Shown: in pieces, positions 43,798 to 53,703 of the stretch
How the letters are laid out: every line of letters starts with the position of its first letter
Numbering within the stretch: the first letter of the stretch is position 1
Assembly: GCA_963793305.1 (NCBI GenBank)
Contig: CAWBZV010000002.1
Span: 352,001-416,000 of the forward strand
Reading direction: 5' to 3'
Origin: an uncultured Gemmatimonadales bacterium
Lineage (GTDB): Bacteria; Gemmatimonadota; Gemmatimonadetes; Gemmatimonadales; Gemmatimonadaceae
Length of the DNA: 64,000 bases
Position numbers and translations under genes: made by a program
Notes under the pieces: model-generated
What the model was told of the DNA's origin: nothing
The model's database searches: none
The model's input: only the letters and a program-made list of their open reading frames with translations

Positions 43798-44309
43798 TCG
43801 CGATTGCGCTCGGCGTCGCCTTCGGATTTTGCCTGGAGCGCGGAGGCATGGCATACGCCCCGAAGCTGGCCGGTCAATTTACCGGCGCCGACTTCACCGT
43901 GCTGCGCGTGATGTTCAGCGCCATCATCACGGCGATGCTCGGTCTCTTCTGGCTCGACCGCCTCGGGTTGCGGGACCTCGCGAGCGTCTACGTACCGAAC
44001 ACCCATCTGCCCGCGCAAATCATCGGTGGCGTGATATTCGGCGCCGGTTTCGCGACCGCCGGTCTCTGTCCGGGAACATCCTGTGTCGCGGCAGCCACCG
44101 GACGCCTCGACGGTCTGGCGGTGATGGTTGGACTCATACTCGGCGTGATCGCCTTCAATATGGCTCATCCTCTGTCCGACGCCGCGACGCTCGGTCCGCA
44201 GACGTTGCCCTCGGCACTGGGCATACCGTACGGCGTCGTCGTGTGCCTCGTCGTGCTGCTGGCGCTCGTGGTATTCGGCGTCTCCCGCACGCTCGAACGC
44301 CAGCCATGA
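43788..44309 (+). CDS. YeeE/YedE sulfur transporter half (PmpA/B-like)
   Basis: GVAFGFCLERGG, GGVIFGAG, GLCPGT. Confidence 0.85.
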   Translation: MDLIAIALGVAFGFCLERGGMAYAPKLAGQFTGADFTVLRVMFSAIITAMLGLFWLDRLGLRDLASVYVPNTHLPAQIIGGVIFGAGFATAGLCPGTSCVAAATGRLDGLAVMVGLILGVIAFNMAHPLSDAATLGPQTLPSALGIPYGVVVCLVVLLALVVFGVSRTLERQP

Positions 44310-44728
44310 CCCGCGTGCTCCTCGGCCTCGCGATCATTCTCGGACTCGCGGCCGCTCTCGTCAGACGCCCGACCACGGTCGACCTCGATGCCTTGGCGCG
44401 CGACGTAGACCTCGAGAACGATCACATCACGGCCACACAGCTCGCCACGTGGATCCACGATCGCCATCCGGGGCTCCGGATCATCGATCTTCGCTCGGAC
44501 AGCGAGTACACCGCGGGACATATTCCCGGCGCCGAGCACATGTCGCTCTCCGCGCTGCGACACGCCGGGTTTCGGCGCGATGAGACGATCGTGCTCTACT
44601 CGGCCGGCGGCGGCCACGCGGCCCAGGGTTGGTTCTTTCTGCGGGCATCGGGACTCCAGCACGTGTACTCGCTGCGGGGCGGCGCCGACGAGTGGGCGGC
44701 CAAACGGGCGTGGCGCGGCCAGTGCTGA
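44306..44728 (+). CDS. Membrane-anchored single rhodanese domain, active-loop Cys replaced by Ser
   Basis: IDLR..EYTAGHIPGA, IVLYSAGGGHA, LRGG; C-terminal Cys. Confidence 0.8.
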   Translation: MTRVLLGLAIILGLAAALVRRPTTVDLDALARDVDLENDHITATQLATWIHDRHPGLRIIDLRSDSEYTAGHIPGAEHMSLSALRHAGFRRDETIVLYSAGGGHAAQGWFFLRASGLQHVYSLRGGADEWAAKRAWRGQC

Positions 44729-45886
44729 CCGACGACGCGACGTATTTCGCCAACCTGCGCGCGCGGGAATTCAGCCGGCTCAATGCGGCGGGGTGCGCGT
44801 ATCTCGACTATACGGGCAGCGGCCTCTACGCCGAGTCGCTGATCCGCGCCGACACGCATCGCCTGCTGCACTCGGTTGCCGGTAATCCGCACTCGGATCC
44901 GTGCATGGCCGAGTGCATTCGAACGCACTCGCGCCAACGTCCTCGCATGGCTCGACGCGGACCCTCGCGACTATACGGTCATTTTTACCGCGAATGCCAC
45001 CGCGGCCTTACGCCTCGTCGGCGAGAGCTATCCGTTCACGTCGCTCACTCTATCAGCGGATAATCACAATTCAGTCAATGGGCTGCGTAGGTTCGCACGC
45101 CGGCGTGGGGCATCGGTTCGGTATCTCCCGCTCAATGACCAGCTCCGCCTCGACGACGAGCCGACAGGGCAGGGTCTCTTCGCGTATCCCGCTCAATCGA
45201 ATTTCTCTGGCGTGCAGCATCCACTCACATGGCCGCGCGACGGTGATGTGCTGCTTGATGCTGCCGCATTCGTGTCCACCAACGCACTCTCGCTGCGGTC
45301 CTGCATGGCGACGTTCGTGGTCGTCTCGTTCTACAAAGTGTTCGGGTATCCAACGGGAGTCGGCGCCCTCATCGTCCGGCACGACGCGCTGAAGCGTCTC
45401 AAGCGTCCCTGGTTCTCCGGCGGCACGGTCGAGCGGGTATGGGTGAGTCAACGACGGCACAAGCTCAAAGCCGGCGCCGAGGGGTTCGAAGACGGTACGC
45501 CGAACTTTCTCGCCCTGGCTGCGCTCGGGTCCGGGCTGGCATTCATGCGCGAAGTCGGCATCGAACGGCTGCATCGGCGCGTGATGCACCTGGCGACCCT
45601 GCTCCGACAACGCCTGACCGACCATCCGCGCATCCGCGTGTACGGGCCGGCCGAAACCAATAGCGGCGTCGTCACGTTCAATGTCGAGGGCGTGAGTTTC
45701 GAGAGCGTCGAGCGCGCCGCGCGAGACGCCAATATTGCCATACGAAGTGGTTGTTTTTGTAACCCTGGAGCAGCCGAGCGAGCATTCGCGTCAGACGGAC
45801 AGATGGGAGCGGTGAGGGCGTCGTTCGGGGTAGCAAGCAACGAGCGAGACGTGATGAGATTGGTTTCTGTTCTCGGAGAGCTATAA
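44722..45886 (+). CDS. Class V aminotransferase, Moco-sulfurase-type cysteine desulfurase domain (frameshift at ~44918)
   Basis: YLDYTG, GNPHS, NHNSV, PAQSNFSG, DAAAF, SFYKVFGYPTG, FEDGT, RSGCFCNPG. Confidence 0.88.
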
Positions 45887-45891
45887 CAATC

Positions 45892-48267
45892 ATGAAAGTC
45901 CTGCGCACGCTGCGCCTGCACAAAGCCTATTGCGCCCTCGTAATCTTCACGCTGTCCCTCGGCATCGGCGCCAACACCGCGATCTTCAGCGTGATCAACG
46001 GCGTGCTCCTGCGCCCGCTGCCATACGCCAACGGCGCCCGCATGGTGCTCGTGCGGCAGCCCGCGCTGCGCCTCGGTCAACCGGACTACGGGTTCTCCAT
46101 GCTCGAAGTCCAAGACTATCGCAGCGGGATGCGCTCGTTCGACGCTGTCGACGCCTATCACAGCATGACGTTCACGGTGTACGGACACGGCGAGCCCCTG
46201 CGCGTCACCAGTGGCGTGGTCTCCTCGGGCTTCTTCGACGACCTCGGCGTGCGTCCGATCCTCGGCCGGACGTTCCGAGCTGGCGAAGACGCGATTGGGC
46301 AACCGGCGATCGCGCTTCTGAGCTACGAGTTCTGGAAGGATCGCTTCAACGCCGACCCGAACGTCGTGGGTCAGACGTTCACGATGAACGACAAGGTACA
46401 CACGGTCGTCGGCGTGCTCCCGCCGCTGCCGAAGTTTCCGAACGCGAACGATATCTACATCCCGAACGGCAGCTGCCCGTTCCTCTCGCAGCCGGCGATG
46501 ATGAACGATCGCGGGATGCGCATGGTCGCGATGCTCGCCCGACTCAACCCTGGCGTCAGCGAAGCGCGTGCCGCGGCGGACGTGAACGCGATGTCCCGGC
46601 GCGCGCACCAGGATTACGCCTCGGTGTACCCACCCGATCTCGGTCTCTCGGTGCAGATCGTCGGCCTGCGCGAGGCACTCACGCGCGACGGTCGGCCGAC
46701 GTTCGTGGCGCTACTCGCCATGACGGTATTTCTGCTCGCGGTCTCCGGCGCCAATGTCGCGAACCTCGCGCTGGCCCGCCAGCTTCGCCGAACGCGCGAG
46801 CTCGCGATCCGCGTCGCGCTCGGCGCCGACCGTCTGCGTCTGCTGCGCGAGCTCATGACCGAAAGCACCGTGCTCGCCGTCATCGGCGGCGCCGTTGGCG
46901 TTGTCCTCGCTTGGGGTGGACTCGGACTCCTCCGCGACTTCGCGAGCCGCTACACGCCGAACACCGCCGGCATCCGGATCGACGCGGCCGTGCTGCTGTT
47001 CACGTTGATCGTCTCGGTGGTCACGGGCCTTCTATTCGGCGCCCTGCCCGTGCTGCCGGCGCGCCGGAGCCTGTCCGACATCCTGCGCGACGGCGGCGCG
47101 ACGTCGCCGGGCGCGAGCCGTGGACGCTTACGGGCGACCCTCGTCGTGTGCCAAGTCGCCATCGCATTCGTGCTGCTGGCCGGGGCAGGGCTCCTGGCCC
47201 GCACGCTGGTGAACTTGCGGCGTGTCGACCCGGGATACGACGCGTCACATGTGACGACCGCGCTCGTATCGCTCAACTGGACCAAGTACGCCGACACGCT
47301 CTCGCAACAGCGCGCCGGAGCGGACCTCGTGCGCGCCCTTCGTTCGGCGCCCGGTGTGATAGCGGTCGGCATTGCCGGCGCGCTCCCGCTCGACGGCCAA
47401 CCCGCCGGTCGGTTTCCGCTCCAGACTGCTCAGCGAAAAGTCCAGGCCGAGTTCATCACGGTCGGTGGCGACTATTTCCGAGCAACCGGAACCCCCGTCC
47501 TCGGCGGTCGAGAGTTCGCCGACGCCGATCGCGACCAACAGGTCGTGGTCGTCAATCAGACCGCGGCGCGCACGTTCTGGCGCGGCGATCCGCTCGGCCA
47601 GCGGATCTCGGCGGATACTGGAAAGCACTGGTTCACGGTTGTCGGTGTCGTCCGCGACGTCCGCCAACACGATCTCACGAGTGAGGTGGGACCGGTCGTG
47701 TACGTGCCGTTCGAGCGGTCGCCCCAACCGTCCATCCGCGTGCTGCTCCGCGGCGCCGGATCGTTCGCCACGACGGCGGACCAGATCCGGGACGCGGCCC
47801 ACGGGCTGGATCCGCTGACGCCCGTGTCCGAAGTCCAGACGCTGGAGGCGCTCCGGACGACCACACTTGCGTCGCCGCTGCTCACGACGGTGCTGAGTCT
47901 GGGGCTCGCACTCGTGGCCTTGCTCCTCACGGCTGCCGGGCTCGGTGGCGTCATGGCTTTTGCGGTGGCGGAGCGTACGCAGGAGCTCGGTATTCGTCTG
48001 GCGCTTGGCGCTGGCCGCGGCGCGGTACTGACAATGGTCGTGCGCCAGGGCATGATGCTCGTAGCCATCGGACTCGTGGCCGGATTTGCGGTCGCGCTCG
48101 CCATCACGCGGGGGCTCAGTGGCTTGCTCTTCGGCGTCGGGCCGACCGACATCATTACGTACGCCTCGGTGTTCTCTGGCATTGTGACCGTCACGCTCGT
48201 CGCGTGCTTGGTGCCCGCTCGCCGGGCCGTGAGCATCGATCCTTTACGAGCCTTGCGCGGGACCTAG
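45892..48267 (+). CDS. MacB-like duplicated ABC transporter permease
   Basis: LGIGANTAIFSVINGVLLRPLPY, RELAIRVALGA, ELGIRLALGA, PARRAVSIDP. Confidence 0.9.
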   Translation: MKVLRTLRLHKAYCALVIFTLSLGIGANTAIFSVINGVLLRPLPYANGARMVLVRQPALRLGQPDYGFSMLEVQDYRSGMRSFDAVDAYHSMTFTVYGHGEPLRVTSGVVSSGFFDDLGVRPILGRTFRAGEDAIGQPAIALLSYEFWKDRFNADPNVVGQTFTMNDKVHTVVGVLPPLPKFPNANDIYIPNGSCPFLSQPAMMNDRGMRMVAMLARLNPGVSEARAAADVNAMSRRAHQDYASVYPPDLGLSVQIVGLREALTRDGRPTFVALLAMTVFLLAVSGANVANLALARQLRRTRELAIRVALGADRLRLLRELMTESTVLAVIGGAVGVVLAWGGLGLLRDFASRYTPNTAGIRIDAAVLLFTLIVSVVTGLLFGALPVLPARRSLSDILRDGGATSPGASRGRLRATLVVCQVAIAFVLLAGAGLLARTLVNLRRVDPGYDASHVTTALVSLNWTKYADTLSQQRAGADLVRALRSAPGVIAVGIAGALPLDGQPAGRFPLQTAQRKVQAEFITVGGDYFRATGTPVLGGREFADADRDQQVVVVNQTAARTFWRGDPLGQRISADTGKHWFTVVGVVRDVRQHDLTSEVGPVVYVPFERSPQPSIRVLLRGAGSFATTADQIRDAAHGLDPLTPVSEVQTLEALRTTTLASPLLTTVLSLGLALVALLLTAAGLGGVMAFAVAERTQELGIRLALGAGRGAVLTMVVRQGMMLVAIGLVAGFAVALAITRGLSGLLFGVGPTDIITYASVFSGIVTVTLVACLVPARRAVSIDPLRALRGT

Positions 48268-48293
48268 GCACGGACCTGGCATAATGGGGGTGC

Positions 48294-49589
48294 ATGAACG
48301 TTCTTCTCGTGCACCCCAGTGCCCTGAGATACGCCGAGCCGTATCTCCGTCTCGAGCCCCTGGGTTTGGAGTGTGTCGCCCAGGCGCTGGCGCGCGACAG
48401 CCACATCGTTCACGTACTCGACCTCCAAGTTTCGACGCATTGGCAGTTACGAAAAGAGCTGAATGGTTTTCGGCCGGAGGCGGTCGGGCTGTCGTTGAAC
48501 CACCTCGCCAACGTCCCTGAGGTGATCGAGCTCGCGAAGCTCGTCAAGCGTCGGCTTCCGGACGCGTTTGTCTTTATCGAAGGACAGGCCGCCTCTCTCA
48601 TTGCGGACGATATCCAGGCCCATGGGGACAGTGCCATCGATTCGGTCGTGATCGGCGAGGCCGAAGCCGCCGTGCCGGCCCTGCTCGCTGCTCCGTCCAA
48701 CCCGTGCAAAGTCGTCCGAGCGGCCCCAATCGCCGACATATCCCGTGTCCGCCCGGCCCGCGACCTCACCCGGCGCCGGAAGCGGTATTTCATTGGCGAC
48801 CTGACGCCGTGCGCGAGCATCGAGATCTCACGCGGTCGTCGATTGGCATCGGCCGAGGTCGTCGCGAACGAGCTGTTGGACATTCAGGAGCCGAATGTCT
48901 TCATCGGTGATGATGTGTCGTTCGCGTTTACCGATCACGTGATGGCGGTCGCCGAGGAGATCGAGCTGCGGCGGCTTCGTCAGCGCTACGCGGTCGCGAC
49001 GCGCGCGGAGATTGTGCTGACCAACGAGGAAGTCTTCGACCGCTGGGTCGACATTGGCCTCACCTCACTCTTCTTCCGCCTCGCGTCACTCGACGATGAG
49101 CCGCGGGCGCTGACCAATCGCGCCCTCGAGATCGCGCAGCGATTCGATCTGAGCTCGACGATCGATCTTGCGGTCGATCCCTCGTGGGATCGCGCTGACT
49201 TCGCTCGCGCGCGGGAGTGGGCCTCGACCGTTCCCGCGACGGTGCATCTCACGGTGACGACACCCGCTCCCGGCGATCCCCGTATCACGTCGACGGACTA
49301 TCGGTTGTACGATGGCCGCCACGCCGTGATGGCGACGCGACTGTCGCTGGCCGATTTCTACGATGAGCTGGTGAACACGCAGACCATCATCCAGCGGCAA
49401 CGCATGGGATGGCGCGCGGTGTTCGCATCGCGATTGGCGAACAACGCACCGCGCCGTCTCGCCGATCATCGGCGCCCGGCAACGTATGCACTGCGCCGGT
49501 CAGTGGAGCACAAGCGCAGTGAACGGCGCGACGTAAGCTTCGAGCGTCACCAGCAGACCTACCAGCCCGGCCAACGCCAGACTGTGTAG
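48294..49589 (+). CDS. HpnR-like (hopanoid C-3 methylase) B12-binding radical SAM homolog lacking CxxxCxxC
   Basis: VHPS..YLRLEPLGLE, LDLQV, LANVPEVI, YFIGDLTPCASIEISRG, ADHRRP resemble HpnR as recalled; Cys triad absent. Confidence 0.78.
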   Translation: MNVLLVHPSALRYAEPYLRLEPLGLECVAQALARDSHIVHVLDLQVSTHWQLRKELNGFRPEAVGLSLNHLANVPEVIELAKLVKRRLPDAFVFIEGQAASLIADDIQAHGDSAIDSVVIGEAEAAVPALLAAPSNPCKVVRAAPIADISRVRPARDLTRRRKRYFIGDLTPCASIEISRGRRLASAEVVANELLDIQEPNVFIGDDVSFAFTDHVMAVAEEIELRRLRQRYAVATRAEIVLTNEEVFDRWVDIGLTSLFFRLASLDDEPRALTNRALEIAQRFDLSSTIDLAVDPSWDRADFARAREWASTVPATVHLTVTTPAPGDPRITSTDYRLYDGRHAVMATRLSLADFYDELVNTQTIIQRQRMGWRAVFASRLANNAPRRLADHRRPATYALRRSVEHKRSERRDVSFERHQQTYQPGQRQTV

Positions 49590-51119
49590 GAACACGAACC
49601 GCAGGATCGCCCACTCGTGGCCGTACCACCGCGTCGTGGTGCTGGCCACGACGATGCTCTGCATGTCGATCATCTTGCCCATGACGCCGCCGGAGCTGTT
49701 CGCGGCCGACATGAGCGTGGGGCTCAATCCGAGTTGATGGGACGTGATCGTCTGGAGGCTCCCAAACAGCACGTTCGATGCGGTATCCGACCCGGTCAGC
49801 GCCACGCCGAGCCATCCGAGGAGGGTCCCGAAGAACGGGTACCATACGCCGGTACTGGCGAACGCGAGCCCGAGGATGGCATCCATCCCGGAATAGCGGG
49901 CCAGGTACCCGATGCCGAGCATGGCGGCGATCGTGATCAGGGAGAGGCGCACGGTCACCAGCGACCGCCAATACACTTTGACGATCTCCGCGGGCCGATA
50001 CCCCATGACCGCGGCCGCAATCAACGCCGCGACCAGGATCCCGGTACCACTCGCCGACAGCCAGTTGAGCAAGAACACAGCCGTTTCCGGCTTGGCCTTG
50101 GCGACAACCGGCGGCACCCGCTGAACGACGCCGTCCAGGCCCGCAATCGGAAATTTCGGCGCCGAGATTCCGTCCAAGAATGCCTTGGTCTGTGGCAGTC
50201 CCCACAGGAAGACCACGACGCTGAGAATGATCCAAGGCGTCCAAGCCCGTATAACGTCGCCTCGATCGTGCTGCTCCTGGACCGGTTCCCGAGGCACGTC
50301 CCGAGGGTGCCAGACGCGCAGCAAGATGGTCAGGCCGGCTAACGAGACGAGGGCCGAGACGACATCGACCAGCCATGGTCCGTGGTAGTTCGACACCAGC
50401 CATTGCGGAATTGCAAACCCGACCCCGGCGACGACCAACGCCGGCCATACCGCTGCTGCTTTCTTCCAGCCGGCATACGCGATCACGAGCCAAAAGGGAA
50501 TCAGCACCGAGAAAAACGGCAGCTGTCGTCCGACCATGGCCGACAGGGTCCTCAGATCGATATCCGTGACCCCATGGAGGGCCACGAGCGGCGTCCCTAG
50601 CGCCCCAAACGCCACGGGGGCGGTATTGGCCAAGAGCGACAGGCCAGACGCCTCGAGCGGCGGGAATCCCAGGCCCAGGAGCAGCGCACCTGTCACGGCG
50701 ACCGGTGTGCCGAATCCGGCAGCGCCCTCGAAGAACGCTCCGAAGCTGAAGGCAATCAGCACCAGCTGCAGGCGGCGGTCAGAAGTGACGCGCCCCAAGC
50801 TGCGTTGGAGCACGACAAATAGTCCGCGCTCCTCCGTGAGCTGATAGAGAAATATCACGTTCAGGATGATCCAGCCGATCGGCAGGAGGCCGTACGCGAC
50901 GCCGAGGAGCGAGGCCCGGAGGGCGAGCCCCGCTGGCATGCCGAGCGCGCAGACGGCGACGACGAGGGCCGCGGCCAGCCCCAGAAGAGCAGCGCGGTGC
51001 GCGCGGATTCGCCCCACCGCGATCACTCCCAGAAGGGTCACGATGGGAACCGCCGCCACGAGCGTCGACAGGACGCGGTTGTGGAAGGGATCGTACGTTT
51101 GCGGCCAGGGCGCGATCAT
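49500..51119 (-). CDS. lctP: L-lactate permease
   Basis: FFEGAAGFGTP, ANTAPVAFGALG, LTGSDTASN, GGVMGKMI. Confidence 0.93.
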   Translation of the reverse strand: MIAPWPQTYDPFHNRVLSTLVAAVPIVTLLGVIAVGRIRAHRAALLGLAAALVVAVCALGMPAGLALRASLLGVAYGLLPIGWIILNVIFLYQLTEERGLFVVLQRSLGRVTSDRRLQLVLIAFSFGAFFEGAAGFGTPVAVTGALLLGLGFPPLEASGLSLLANTAPVAFGALGTPLVALHGVTDIDLRTLSAMVGRQLPFFSVLIPFWLVIAYAGWKKAAAVWPALVVAGVGFAIPQWLVSNYHGPWLVDVVSALVSLAGLTILLRVWHPRDVPREPVQEQHDRGDVIRAWTPWIILSVVVFLWGLPQTKAFLDGISAPKFPIAGLDGVVQRVPPVVAKAKPETAVFLLNWLSASGTGILVAALIAAAVMGYRPAEIVKVYWRSLVTVRLSLITIAAMLGIGYLARYSGMDAILGLAFASTGVWYPFFGTLLGWLGVALTGSDTASNVLFGSLQTITSHQLGLSPTLMSAANSSGGVMGKMIDMQSIVVASTTTRWYGHEWAILRFVFLHSLALAGLVGLLVTLEAYVAPFTALVLH

Positions 51120-51132
51120 GACCGCGAAGTAT

Positions 51133-51149
51133 GCTCGACGAAGTCGAGC
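51133..51149. other. Perfect inverted repeat in the divergent lctP/MCP intergenic region
   Basis: GCTCGAC-GAA-GTCGAGC. Confidence 0.45.
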
Positions 51150-51246
51150 GTGGCCAACCGACCAGTCGAGCAGCGCGCAGCGCTGCATCGACGCGCCGCG
51201 GAGCGGCGTCCAGTGACGCTAAACGGTGCAAGCTGTCATACATGAG

Positions 51247-52972
51247 ATGAGAACGCGCAACGTTACAATCGCCGCGAAGCTCTACCTCCTGCTCGGCGCC
51301 AGCTTATGCGCGGGCGTCATCGTGAGCACGGTGCTCTGGATGGAGCTTCGCCACGTAACGCGTGCGTACGCGGCGGTGTTCACGACCGAGGTGAAGGCGC
51401 GTTCCGAAGCCCGCAAGATCGAAGTCGCCGAGAAGATGCAGGTTCAGGAATGGAGCAACTTGTTGCTCCGCGGGACCGACTCGACCGACCGGTCGGGCTA
51501 TGTCCGGACGTTCCGCGATCGGGGCCTGGAAGTCCGAGACCACTTGTCGACGGTTCGCGGGCTCCTGACGACGGTGTTGCACGATTCGATCTCGCTCGAT
51601 GAGGCGAATCGCTTCGGCGCGGCCTACGACAGCATGGCCACGCGATACGATGCCGCGCTCGGGGTGTACGAAGCGCGCCGCAACGCCGCACAGGTCGATC
51701 GCATGGTCCGGGATCAGGACAAGATGCCGACCGAGCTGCTGTCGCACCTGTTGCTGCGCCTCGACTCGCTCGCCCAGATTCGCCTCGCGGCGACCGATCA
51801 CCAGGCCACGCGTGCCGTCGAGCTGAGCGCGCTCGGCGGAGGCGTCGTCTTCGTGGGCCTGACCATTGTGCTCGTGCTGTTGGTCCGCTGGCTGCTCCAG
51901 AGCCTTGGCCGCCTACGCGACGCCGCCCAGCGGATCGCCAGCGGCGATCTGACACACGTGCTGGGCTATCGCGCGAACGACGAAATCGGCGCGTTGGCCG
52001 CGGCATTCGGTCACATGACCGACACGCTCCGTTTGTTGCTCGGTGAGACCGCCAGCGTCGCCGCGGAAGTCGAGGCGACCGCGACCACCCTGCGGGCCGA
52101 GGCCGACCAAATGGTGCAGTCGGCCGAGCAAGTCGCGTCGGCCGCGCAGCAGATCGCCGCGTCGACCGCCGAGCAGACGAACGGTGTCACGACGGCCGGT
52201 GCATCAGCGGGCCGCGTCGCCGCCAGCGCCGCGGGGCTCACGACGCACGCCGAGACGGCGGCAGCGCTCGCATCGACCGTCAGCCAGTCCGCTGGTGCGA
52301 GCGCCAAGGCCGCGCGCGCGGCGCGCGACGCAATGTCGGCGATCAGCAACGTGACCCGGGAGGCCGTGCCGATCGTGACGGAGCTCGCCAGCAAGGCGGC
52401 CGAGATCGATCAGGTCACGCAAACCATCGAAGGCATCGCGCGCCAAACGAATCTCCTCGCGCTCAACGCGGCGATCGAGGCGGCCCGTGCTGGTGACAGT
52501 GGCCGCGGGTTCGCCGTCGTGGCCGAGCACGTCAAGCAACTGGCCGCACAGAGCGCCGGTGCTTTGGAAACCGTCCGTCGTCTCGCGGGCGAGTTGAGCA
52601 CCGCCGCCACGCGCACGGCCGGCTCCATCGGCACGGTCGAGGAGCGCGTGCGCGAAGGGCAGGTCGTGATCGACGCTTCGCAGGAAGGGCTCACGGCGAT
52701 CGTTCGTGACATTCGAGGCGAACCGCGGCGCGGTGGCCAGCATTACCACGGCCGCGGCGGTTCAGCGCGCGGACGCCGACGCATTGGCGCGCGAGGTGAC
52801 ATCGGTCGCGGTCTCCGCCGAGGAGAATGCCGCGACAGCACAAGAAGTCAGCGCGCTGGCCGAGGAGCAGACGGCATCCATGGGTCATGTCGCGCAATCC
52901 AGCGATCGCCTCGCCGCGATCGCCGGACGCCTCACGGAGTCCATGCGGCGATTCACGCTCGCTTCGTCATAA
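51247..52972 (+). CDS. Methyl-accepting chemotaxis protein (frameshift at ~52712)
   Basis: Two TM segments, HAMP (DEIGALA), [26 protein letters not shown]; tail continues in the 52706 frame. Confidence 0.93.
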
Positions 52973-53148
52973 TCCAACCACTCGGTCTGCCGCGGCCACC
53001 AATGGCAAACAGGAGCACGTTGCCCGGCAGTTTTCTCACCATGGCACATGCGTGATGACGCCCAGCCGTACCAATAACGCAGCGGCGAGGCGGCGATAAC
53101 GGCCGTATAGGCAGCGTTCGGGTGAGGGGCAAGGGTAAATTGGAGCCC

Positions 53149-53703
53149 ATGCTGCCACAAAAATATTTACTCGGGGTACGGTCCGTCCCCTTCGAGATGT
53201 TCCCGGGCATGTTCGCCGTCACGCATCATCGCGACGCGAACTCGAGCCGGTTCATCAGCTCGTACGCCGACGGGAAAACGCAGAAGGGTGGGCTATTCGC
53301 TTTTCTCGCGCGTACGGGCCAGATCGAATCACGCCGCCAATGGGATCTGCATCACATTGTCGAGGGTCAACACTTCGCCGACATCGATTTCGGCGGCCGA
53401 CTCCAGGCGATGTACCAGAACGAGCTGCCGGTCGTGCTGATTCAGAAGGACGAGCACGTCGCCTACAACATGCTCCTGCACATCTCGGCCACGGATGAGA
53501 TGTTCCGCGATACGTTGCCGGCGGATCTCATCGCGCGCTCACGCGCCGCCATGGCGGCGGCCGCGCAGCCGGCGCAGCGCCCGGCGCTCCGGGCGCGCGT
53601 CGACAAGCTCATCGAGCTATACGATGGGGCGTACATGAGCGATCCGGTGCTGACACAGATCGCTCGAAACGTCCTTACTGACGCGAAGTCGCTGTTGCGG
53701 TAG
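53149..53703 (+). CDS. Hypothetical protein with HNH-like motif
   Basis: WDLHHIVE...LPVVLIQKDEH; start uncertain (53122 or 53149). Confidence 0.6.
   Translation: MLPQKYLLGVRSVPFEMFPGMFAVTHHRDANSSRFISSYADGKTQKGGLFAFLARTGQIESRRQWDLHHIVEGQHFADIDFGGRLQAMYQNELPVVLIQKDEHVAYNMLLHISATDEMFRDTLPADLIARSRAAMAAAAQPAQRPALRARVDKLIELYDGAYMSDPVLTQIARNVLTDAKSLLR

Noticed and set aside
53002..53121. In-frame upstream extension of the 53122 ORF through TGA TGA (possible selenocysteine readthrough)
   Set aside because: Two consecutive stops, no recognisable SECIS and no selenoprotein-like context
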